NCBI GenBank assembly: GCA_032718475.1
Contig: JAUCBJ010000893.1
Span: forward strand, 1 to 37,254
Length of the DNA stretch: 37,254 bases
DNA from: Nemertoderma westbladi
Lineage: Eukaryota > Animalia > Xenacoelomorpha
Reading direction: 5' to 3'
Every line of letters starts with the position of its first letter. Within the stretch, counting starts at the first letter, position 1. Below are positions 21,889 to 32,300 of this stretch, in pieces. The translations under genes and the position numbers were made by a program. The notes beneath the pieces are model-generated. The model saw nothing but the letters and a program-made list of their open reading frames with translations, searched no databases and was not told the DNA's origin.

Positions 21889-22212
21889 ATTATCCCGATC
21901 TGGTAATTGGATATCCCGATCTGGTAATTGGATATCCCGATCTGGTAATTGGATATCCCGATCTGGTAATGGGATATCCCGATCTGGTAATGGTAACAGG
22001 ATATCCCGATCTGGTAACAGGATATCCCGATCTGGTAATGGGATATCCCGATCTGGTAATTGGATATCCCGATCTGGTAATTGGATATCCCGATCTGGTA
22101 ATGGGATATCCCGATCTGGTAATGGTAACAGGATATCCCGATCTGGTAACAGGATATCCCGATCTGGTAACAGGATATCCCGATCTGGTAATTGGATTTC
22201 CCGATCTTGTAA
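21889..22212. repeat. 21-bp tandem repeat (GGATATCCCGATCTGGTAAyr), ~15 units with higher-order duplication
   Basis: Directly visible; a 27-bp variant unit (extra TGGTAA) recurs about 132 bp apart. Confidence 0.92.
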
Positions 22213-22351
22213 TTTATATTGTATTTCACAATTTCACAAGCTGTTTCGCCTTAAGTGATATAAAGACTTTTTATCATTAATTGTAGACGTATATATAGTT
22301 AGGTATCAATAAAAATAATTTAAAAAACCAGTAATGGTTGTTTCGGTGTTT

Positions 22352-22873
22352 TCAAATAAAATAATATAAATAATTAATGAAATATCTAATCCCATACTTC
22401 TCCTGGTAGTCGTCGCGGTTCTGGATGGCTGATATACGCTCCTTTCGTAGCTTCGCTGTACATTTCACTAGGTTTCCCCAGTGGGCGAGGTATGTACTCT
22501 TGTCGTCGACGAAACTTTGGCATCGCGCCAACGTAATCGCTTTCGGAGTGGGCGTCGCGTTTCCCTCGTATTCGTATATCAAACATCGGTATTTGTAGAC
22601 GCTTCGACGGAACGTATCCCAGAACGACAACTCCTCTCCTCCGGTTGCCTTTGCGTTCCGAGTCCTTTTAAGGCTCGCACTAACATCGGACAACCGGAGC
22701 TCTTGTAGATTACGGGAATCCGGTTCCTCCTGCCCGGAGAATTTAACGATTCGCACATTCTCTGTTATCAGGGCGTTCCAATTCGTATCAAAGTTAGGAG
22801 ATCCAGGCTGTGGATATTCCAGTAAATCGAGTATGTTACGTAATTCGCCGAGAATCTGGCGATTTGAGTCCAT
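22352..22873 (-). CDS. Hypothetical 173-aa ORF (possibly an exon of an unrecognised gene)
   Basis: ATG-initiated, protein-like composition, GC-richer than its AT-rich flanks. No recognisable motif. Confidence 0.3.
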   Translation of the reverse strand: MDSNRQILGELRNILDLLEYPQPGSPNFDTNWNALITENVRIVKFSGQEEPDSRNLQELRLSDVSASLKRTRNAKATGGEELSFWDTFRRSVYKYRCLIYEYEGNATPTPKAITLARCQSFVDDKSTYLAHWGNLVKCTAKLRKERISAIQNRDDYQEKYGIRYFINYLYYFI

Positions 22874-23399
22874 ATTTTAAATTATGTCCATTGCAAATTT
22901 AAATCAGTTAATTATAAATCCAGAAAGTCTGATTTTATAGTGACTGCAGAATAATTCAGTTATTTGTAATTCAGTTTATTATTATTGCTATATAGGCATC
23001 TACCATCTTATTGCTACTGCATTCAGTATTTACAGTTACTATAGCTATACATTATTATCAAACCAGTTTTTTGACTTTTTATGTCCTCTTCTTTTTCCAA
23101 TTCTTTTCTTTTCTACATTTTATACATTTTTTTGTCTTTTTTCATTTATCATTTCATTATTCAATGTACATTTCATTATTTCTTTCCACATTTCATCATT
23201 TATTACACCATTTCATCATTTATTTCCACATTTCATTGGGGTTATAGCCCCCCGGCTATCATCGTTTGTTATATGCGCAGCACCAGGGTGCGCATCATTA
23301 CATTTTCATCATCATACACGTCATCATTCAGTTTATAGTAGGGTTGTCTGTTTCTTTTCATCATTTCCAAACTACATTCAACCATCTTCTTTGGGAAAT

Positions 23400-23840
23400 T
23401 TTCGTTGTGGAAGGGGTGTTACGTGGCAATCTGTGATCTACAGCTGGGCTAGTTACACCGCCTACGCCCCAAACTGCACACGTAACGGACAATGAAGACG
23501 CTGGAAGTGAAGTCACGTGGAATGCACCAGGGACCAACCAGAATAACACTCCCAACAACTTAAAGCTCAGCCGACAAAGTCATGTGGGATAGGGTTATGC
23601 AACATTCTAGGATCTACAGCTGGACTAGTTACACCGCCTACGCCCCAAAATCCACGCAACGGTCCCACCAGAATAACGCTACTGAGAAACATAAAACCTC
23701 TATCGACGAAGTCATGTGGATGCACCATGGACCCACCAGAATAACGCGATAGAGGGGGTGTTGCGCGGCAATCCGGGGTCTACAGATGGACTAGTTACAC
23801 CGCCTACGCCCCGAACTGCGCACGCAACGGACAACACAAT
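23400..23840. repeat. Three diverged direct repeats downstream of the BEL integrase
   Basis: Core TCTACAG.TGG.CTAGTTACACCGCCTACGCCCC at 23437, 23613 and 23779. Confidence 0.8.
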
Positions 23841-26800
23841 ACAACACAATGGATACAATGAATTCCACTTCGAATCTTTACCATTTCCAATAATCCAATA
23901 TAGTTGGTCCCGATGACCAAAATCAGGGTGAACAATACATAAACTACCCAGCGTCAGTCGAAACATCTGCAGGGTGACGCTGGACTCCACATAACACACG
24001 AGGGAACACAAATACCATTGCGTGGTTACAGTTGGTTTAAGGGGGGTCCATTATTCATTGTTGGTAAATCAAATTTTAAAGAGTTTGTCAACAGGATGAG
24101 AAGGTTTTAAACGGGTTTAGCATTGTCACCAATGTCTGCAGCAGGATCCGGACTAGGGAACTTAACACCTCTCATGGAGTCACCACTGTCATTGCCTTCG
24201 AGAAGGCACAGCTTCTGGATAGGGCGTTGGTAGTGGCCTTTGCCGTTCGTATCATCACTGTCCTCGTAAGTCCATCCTTGCTTGGGGTTATTTCCATGAC
24301 TCGCGCCACAGGCCAGTGGACGCAGTCTTTAAGGTCTTCCTTAACAAGCACCATGTCGCCAACTGCGACGTTCCGGTAGGTGTTATTCCACTTCCTCCTG
24401 GTCCGGAGGGTATGAGGTACTCTTGGGCCCAGATTCTCCACCAGTGCGCTGCCAGCGCTTGGGCCTTTTTCCAGTTGGTGTGTCTCGCAATATCATTGGG
24501 ATCTGGGAACATTGCCTCCGGAAGAATGTTGGTTTTGGGTCTTCCAAGTAGATGGTTGGGTGTAAGAGGATCCAGATCTGTAGGGTCATCGTGGATGGGT
24601 ACGATTGGCCGGTTATTTAGGGTGGCCGTGATCTCGTAGAATGTAGTGCGAAGGGTGTCGTGGGTTACCCGGGTATCCCCTAATGCGACGCGCATGGATC
24701 GTTTCACCAAGTCGATGAGTTTCTCCCATACCCCGCTCGTATGGGGTGCTAAGGGCGTTTGGAAGTGCCATTGTATATGGTGTTCCTTCCAGACTTGGGA
24801 TGCGGTCTCATCGGTGAACCATCCCTCGATAGCCTCTCTGAGTTCCCTTTCTCCTCCCACGAAGTTCGTTCCATTATCGGAGTACATATGCCGACATGAT
24901 CCGTTGTTTGCCACGAACTGACGCAGAGCGTAAAGGTTTACTACGAGGTCTAGGTAAATCGCCCTTGACCTAACGCATTCCCCAGCATTTGATGTTGGAT
25001 CATTGCTCGATGACTGTGAATGGTCCGAAACAGTCTACTCCAGTTGCATAGAATGGCGGTGAATCGGATTGCAGCCATGTAGCTGGTAGGTCAGCCATTC
25101 TTTGGGTGAGCGGTGGCACTAGGCATCGTCTGCAAGGGAAACATCGTTTTAAGACTTTCCGGATCAGTGGCTGGATGTGGGTGATCCAATATCTTTGCCA
25201 CATGTTGGCCATAATCCAGTTCTGGCCCGCGTGATGGTTTTCCTCGTGATACTGCTGGATTAATAGCTTAGCTAGTGTTGACGTTCCGGGCAGAAGTGCC
25301 GGGTATTTGACTTCATATTCAACCAGGGCGTTCGCCATCCGGGTATTTAGTCGGATCAGTCCATCTTCCCCCATCATGGGTCTCAAGTGGTAGACTGGGC
25401 TGTCAGGTTTCAAAGTCCTGCCCGCGCTGAGCTGTTCCCATTCATCGGGGGAACTTTCTTTCTGGACGTATCTCACAATACATTTCTCCGCAATAATGAG
25501 TTCTTGTATACTTCGTCGAACTATCAGTTTATTATCCTTCCACTGCAGGAAGTTACGAAGAGTCATGACGTGGTGGATAAGACGTTTCATCAAGGAGGTT
25601 CGTTCTATCAATAGTTGTAAGGACTCGGCTGGTTGCGCAGTAGTCGCAACATTATAGTGCCTGCCCGAGTCCTTTGCAGGCTCAGTCAGGCAACTATAGA
25701 TTTCCACGGTGGCACTTCCATGGACTTTGCGAATCTCCTTGTAGTCCTCTGAATATTTCCCGCTATCTAGTCGGGATCGAATCGGGTGCTCCAGGTTAGT
25801 TGTGGTTGCTTTAAGAACCCCGGGCATTGTGAGCCAAAGTTTACTCTTACCGAGCTGTCGTGGAGTGGCGCCTCTGCTCGATAAGTCCGCTGGGTTTTCT
25901 TTCCCGTTTACATGGTGCCACTGTTCTCGGCCGGTACACTGTTTTATCTCTGTGGCTCGGTTCGCTACAAACGTGGTGTGCCGCCGTGATGGTGAGTGGA
26001 GGTAGTAGAGTACGATACTCGAATCGACCCAGAAATGCTGCGATTCGATGGGGATTGTTAAGTTCCGCAGGATCACGCGGTTCTGCCTCACTGCCCAAAC
26101 TGCGGCCTGTAGCTCGAGTCTCGGTATCGTCAGCCATGGTGATGGCCATCGTACTCACCGGAGGGGGGCGGAATCTCGGTTTCGGAGTGGGTGCCCTTCT
26201 CCTAGAGTTGTTCTCTATTCCGTCTAGCTTGGAGAGACTTTGCTTGGAGAACATCGAGTCATTCATGGCTTCGGAGATATTATCTAGGAATGCCAACATT
26301 TCGAGGAAACTAGGATCCCGATCCGGGTGTCTGCGTCTGAGATCGACACATTTATACGTCCATTTGCTTTGCAACCATCCGGGGAATTTCCGGGCAATCT
26401 GTCGGAGGTTTAGGATGTTGTTTACTTGCTAATCCTTGTTCAATGGTTTTAAAGTGTAGTAGGCATCTTTCATTGAGTCCGAAAACTCTTGGATATTCTG
26501 TGGGTCCCCTAGAGATCCAGCGTCCTGAATCAGTTTTTCAAGCGTCTTATTGATTATAGTTCCGATGTTACCATATCTCTTATCTAGAGTTATCCATGCA
26601 TCGTGGTACGCTTCGTGAGATCCTCCTTCGAAGCATTTAACGATTCGACGTGGTTTGTCACCCAGGTATTGAGATAAATATACCAGTTTTTGCGCGTCGG
26701 TTATATCCGTTGATCCGATCTGAGCAAAGAACCGTTTTTTAAATCCAAGATAATCAACGGGGTCTCCCTCGAAGGTACGGATCTCCATCTTGGGCATAGC

Positions 26801-27329
26801 TAGGCGGTTCTCTAACGCTCGGATGATGCCGACGTCGTCCGAACTAGGATGACTAGGAGGGTTATAGTTACTAACACTTTCTCCCATACATGATGGATCG
26901 ATAAGAGGTGGAGTTTTAATAATAACGCGGTTACGCATTTTCAGGGTGGATGTGAATGGATTATTGGATCGAGTGGTGGCGTCCCGTTCCAAGTCCTTTT
27001 CAGGCTCGTACTGGGGAACGCTTGGTGCCGTAGGGTTGGAAGGGAAATAGGTTTCCTCGATTTAAGCGTAACCGGTGGGGGATGGAATGCTGTTGCTTGT
27101 GCCGATAATGTGGACCGTATAATTGCGGGAACTCGGGTTTCGGAGGTTTCGCAGCCGGTGGCGTAAATGACTTTTCTAATTCCGGGACCGGGATTGGTTC
27201 ATAGTCCTGTTCTATACCCCTTTCCCAGTCCTCGTATAGTTGAAGGTCCCGTTCTATGAGTGCGGCTTCGTAGTCTGTGAGTTTAGCAATATCCGCATTC
27301 TTTTTGTGAATAAGAATCGCTTGGGCCTC

Positions 27330-27650
27330 GGCATTTCGTTTACGCATTTCGGCCTCTTGTTTCCGTATTTCAGCCTGTTGTTCGGCCTCTACTTTACGCA
27401 TTTCGGCCTATTGTTTCCGTATTTCGGCCTGTTGTTCGGCCTCTACTTTATGCATTTCGGCCTCTTGTTTCCGTATCTCGGCCTGTTGTTCAGCCTCTAC
27501 TTTATGTTGTTCGGCCTGTTGCTCGGCCTCTAGTTTACGTTGTTCAGCCTGTTGTTCGGCCTCTAGTTTCCGTATTTCGGCCTCTTGTTTTTGTCGTTCG
27601 GCCTCTTGTTTATGTATCTCGGCCTGTATTTCGGCCTCCTGTTTATGTCT
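27330..27650 (-). repeat. Coding tandem repeat in BEL gag (7- and 11-aa units, e.g. KQEAEMR / KVEAEQQAEIR), coiled-coil-like
   Basis: Visible 21/33/54-bp periodicity; one unit carries a GAG>TAG stop at 27408. Confidence 0.85.
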
Positions 27651-28487
27651 TTCCTCTGCTAGTACGTCCTGTTCGATCTGTAGTTGAACGTACTCATCCT
27701 CCATTCGAGCTTTAAGGGCCAATGCCCTCTGTTTCGTAGCTGATCTCAGAGTGGCTGACCCCCTTGGGAACTATGCGCTGAACCGGATTTCTCGCTCCTG
27801 GCGCTGGAGTGCTGGTGCCTCGAGGACCCAGTTCTCTTTCATTGAACCACGGTCCTGGTGCCGGAGGTCCGCACTGATTCCGCGTCCGCCCTTTCAGTTC
27901 TTTTGTAGTACTGCTCTTCGTAACCTCTCACGAGGCTGAGGGTTATCCGATGTTGCTTACGGAACTCTTCCAGATGTGCAACGTGTTCCTCCACTCTGGG
28001 GTAGTTTTCCAGATCGGTTGTGGGGATGAGTTCCTGATATGCCTGTATCATCCGTTCATATCGTTGTAGGATACTTCGGATTTTTTGTAGTTGAGTCTGT
28101 ATGTCGCTGAGGGGGGTCTCGACTCCCTTTAGTTGTTTCTCGATGCGGTGATAAGCTCGAGTCACTCCGCCTTTGAGAGCGCCCAGTCGACGGGCCATGT
28201 TCTTTACGTTTGGGACCTTGTCGGCTTCCGAGTCTGTGTGGGGCTCCATTTCATCGGTGATCTGCGATCATTCTAGCGCCTCGTTTATTGCTAGATATGC
28301 GATATCGTAGAATAGTTCGTTGTAGGTTTCGTATTCAGCCTGAACTACCCAAATGGTAATCCTGAATCGTCCCACGTTTGTACCCTGTACTTCGACTTCA
28401 ATGTGCCAGATTCCTGGCTCAACTTGGATTATATCAATAGGTATGATCGATACTTCCATTCCCTGTTAAAGACTCTCTGTTAAAGAT

Positions 28488-28499
28488 CTGCCGACTACG
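28488..28499 (-). promoter_or_regulatory. Probable PBS of the BEL element (tRNA-Ser-like)
   Basis: Minus strand CGTAGTCGGCAG is complementary to the tRNA-Ser 3' stem (CUGCCGACUACG-CCA). The canonical TGG is absent. Confidence 0.6.
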
Positions 28500-28646
28500 A
28501 GTTTTAGATTGAGTTTGTAAGTTGATTAATATCAAGCGAGTTAATGTAATGGAACGATGCCTTTCGTGGCGTAAGCATACTCAAATTATAAATATTAATG
28601 ACGAGTAAGGGTCTTGAGCCACGGCTAATATAAAATATTATTAGTT

Positions 28647-28689
28647 TACCATATAGCTATTTCACGCTTCCCGCGCGTCTTCAGTGGTA
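28647..28689 (-). ncRNA. Minimal type I hammerhead ribozyme (pLTR copy 1)
   Basis: Minus strand UACCA-CUGAAGA-C-GCGC-GGGAA-GCGU-GAA-AUAGCUAU-A-UGGUA: 5-bp stem I, intact core, stem II, palindromic stem III, AUA cleavage triplet. Confidence 0.88.
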
Positions 28690-29377
28690 TATTATTTTAA
28701 ACACAATATTAATATAATTTAACTAAAACAACCAATTCAAAACCTACAAAGATATATACAAAACCGATACCGTTATGGTACTGTATAGTAGTTATGACTA
28801 TTTTAATAAAGATATTAGCTGTGTAAAGTGGCAGACCGGTAGAAGAAGTTGAGCATGGTTTGAAATTATATCGGAAATTCATAATGCACCAAAACTAACT
28901 CAAATCAAAATTTAAAATAAAGGTATTAAAATGTTAAAAACTTTTAAAAAATTAATAGTAAATAAAAACTAAACCAATGGTGTACCCTATCCTGCTATTA
29001 AGTACTGTAGAATATCTATAAAAACAAATAAAGGCTGATAAAATAATAAAACAACCGTGATATAGTGTATACGAATGACATGTGTATAAAAACATATAAA
29101 AAAAACCTCAGAAATAAAAGCAGTAATAAAATCTTTAAAATTAATTAAATAAAACTAACAGAATGATTGAGTAATACTAACTACGCCATAGGGTAAATAT
29201 CCAGAGGGGCCAGCTATTCAAAAAGCAAATAGCAGCTGTATGACTGGAGGTGAAATTATCATTAAGGCGGGCATGTGGGGCGAGCCACATAGTTAGCAAA
29301 ACAATAAGATATAAAATAAAACCAAACTGATTAATACAAAATCCTAAGTAGAATATACAAAACAAAGTTCACATGTT

Positions 29378-32300
29378 TTAGTACAGACCAATACGGGGAA
29401 CTACAGTGTTAAGTGGGGGGCGATGCAAGTTAATTAGAACCGCTTCAGAATGAATCCTACGCTCGTGGTTAGTAAACCTTTTAGAACATGTAATATTGAG
29501 CGCACCGATCCCACAAATAACAAAGTGTTGCAGTAGCAAGACTTCAGGACTCGATAAATCGACTCCTAGCCCCTTGCCAGCTGCGTCATTTATGGCACTA
29601 CGGTGACCTCGGAGGCGCTCATGTAAACGCTGTTCTGTCTGGCCGAGATACCACAAGTGTGGATGCAGTTTACATTTGATGAAATATATCAAATTAAATG
29701 ATTTGCAGTTAAATCTCCCATGGATGGGGTCACCCCATGGTGTCCGGCGCTGGTCTAGAACGGCCGAGCAGCATTTGCAACGAGGCCCATTGCAAGAGTG
29801 ATTACCAAGAGGCAGAGTTGGCTCGGACTTGGTGATCAACAGTTTACCTAACGATGGGAGGTTACGCGGGACCGTTTGGACACTAATACCTAGCGAACGC
29901 AAGTCAGCATTATATTTGCGGATAACGGGCGCTAGGACAGGCAGGAACTGTGGGGTCGTAGGGAGATATATAGAGGTGTATTTTGGCCCATTCGATGTAG
30001 TCTTATTCAAATTTTGGGGTGCTGATGGACCATCCCCCTCTGTTGGTAAAGACGGCTGCTGCGTGATCGGCACTGGACCAAGAGGTGTTGGGTTTGATGC
30101 ATGGAGGGAGAGGAGGAAATCCAGCGGATAGCCTCGATTCTCACACAACTCGAGGTACTGGTGTTTATAACATGTGAACAAATGGTTTGAGTCAGTTAAA
30201 CGGCGAATACGCAAAATTTCCGATTTCACCACTGCCCGTAACGTAGGTTTATGGTGGAAACTAGAGTACATAATAGGTAGTTTATTAGCCATTGGTTTTC
30301 TAAATAAACGAGTTCTAAGGGTGTAGGCATTAGCAGCTATCGTTAGATCGAGGTAGTCGACACTAGCATGGGAGTACTCCATTGTAAATTGGATGGCATC
30401 ACTATTATATAAATTCCTGCACGCTGAATTGAATGCGGTCTTCATGAACTCGAAATGCTGATCAGTTAGTCGCTCATCGTAAATTGCGAAACTATCATCC
30501 ACCAGAGTACGAAAGAATGAAGGAGTCCGTAGCGAAATAGTTAACGCCCTCTTGAGTACTTTGTACGAACTGATTATAGAATAATCACTACTGTGGTGAC
30601 CGCCCATAGGTGCTCCTGCGATTTGCAGGTAGTACATATTCTGGTAACAGAAAAAGTTGTGGTATAAAAGAAACCGTAAAATTGCTGCGAGTTGAGTTGG
30701 TGTAAAAATAGAACGTTCAGGTAACGTAGGATCCTCAGAAAGTGCATGCATGGTAGCCTCAATACCCAATTCATGAGGGATGGCGGTAAACATGTCGATT
30801 ACATCAATAGTAACTAAAGTAAAATGGGAATTATTAGTTGTTGTAGGCATGGTTTGTTTGAGATCCAAAGAGCTTTTTAGATAGTTATCGGCAGTAGTAA
30901 CTAAAGGGTGTAGGTAGTAGTGCATCATTTTGGATAAGGGTTTAAAAAATGCGTCCGTATTAGATATAATAGGTCTACCTTTTGGGATTATGGCACCATT
31001 AGGGTGGGTTACCCATTCGTCACGTGGTTTATGGTCTTTAAGAGTTATAAAGATATGGCCGGTAGTGAAGGTATTAGGGAAGAGGTGATGGCGAAGCCGT
31101 TGGTTCCCAATAGCAAGGGAATCTAATAACGATCGGCATTCAACACGAAATCGTGCAGTAGGGTCTTTGCGTAGTTTCTCATATGTTTTCTTATCACCCA
31201 AAATTCGAAGGATCTCATATTCCTTAGCAGATTTATCCAATAAAATAATATTACCAGTTTTGTCACCTTTAAGGAATGCTAAATTCTTGTTATTTCGGAG
31301 CTGTTTGAGAGCCAACTGCTGTGCTGGGGTGATATTAGGGCGTACATCCTCATTAAGTTTATCTACATTGACCCTGCGCACTGCTCTGTGCAAGCCAGAA
31401 ATAATATTCTCAACAGAAACGCTGTCTACAGATGACGCTACCCAACGGGGATGGCTAAAGTGAGGGGGATCAGGAGGTTTAACAGCAATAGGGGGTGACT
31501 GCGGGATGGCGTTAAGTCTAGAATTACTCTTACCTCGCAGATTGTAGTTAACTGAATCCTGTGCTGTTCTCGAACGGGTGCGCGAAGAAGGTGTGTCAGG
31601 AATGAGAACTCCAGCTCGGCGGTCAAGTTGCAAAGGAAAATCTGGGTGCAAACTGCAGTCTACCCGGGGTCGGGTCCGTGGAGCCGGCTGTGGATTCGCT
31701 CTGTTCAGCTCCTGTATTACCTCAACAAGGGGTGTTGGTTCATAAGCATCTGTATTCGCGGCTGGGAATAGTTTTTTGCGGGCCGTTGTTGGTTGCGAAC
31801 GAGTATGAGATAGTTGCGTGGCAGTACTAACCTTGGGAGTAGCAGAAGTGTTTGATGCTACAGGGACTTCGGTGGCACGATGCAGTTGGCCAGATGTTTG
31901 AGGGGGCGTTTCTGATTGTTCATCCATAGGTGGATTAACCAATTTTCGAAATCTAGTTCTAATTTTCGTTGCTGCTGAGGCTACGTCAATCTTAGCCTCT
32001 AGAACATCAGAGGGCGCTGTACCATGGTATGGAATGAAGGTGAACCCCAATCCGAGCAAGTCTCTTTGGTCCTGGTTGAGGAGTATTTTAGAAAGGTTAT
32101 TTACTGGTGCCTGCATAATGGGAAATGGATTCGTAGATTGAGGGTGGGAGGGGTCCAAATCACGGAATCGTTGGTTGGACGCAACTCGTCCATTTGCTGT
32201 ATCTAAATAGCGACTCATAACTTCCCGTCCCATCTCAAAAGAAAACTTGTATTCCAGACGTTGGCACGCAACCTCCAACTCACGCTCACCAACCAATGGT

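Larger units (their letters stand above)
24172..28525 (-). mobile_element. Decayed, internally deleted BEL/Pao LTR retrotransposon
   Basis: Gag DUF1759-like segment (MPKMEIRTFEGDP..DAQKLVYLSQYL), RNase H region LTIPRLEL, FWVDSSIVL and FVANR, integrase HHCC, GVDCFGP, SDNGTNFVG, and C-terminal GDMVLVKE..HWPVARV. Several stops and frameshifts. Confidence 0.92.

Noticed and set aside
21889-22212. Possible CRISPR array (short palindromic repeats)
   Set aside because: Units abut with no unique spacers, there are no cas genes, and the context is eukaryotic.
29274-29288. TGTGGGGCGAGCCAC shared between the Penelope UTR and the HINE end at 13753/13809
   Set aside because: Only a 15-bp match within a hairpin with no flanking homology; treated as coincidence.
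29177-29365. 62-aa hydrophobic ORF in the Penelope 3' UTR (also 33276-33464)
   Set aside because: Non-ATG start, and the hydrophobicity follows from the U-rich strand. RNA structure explains the region better.
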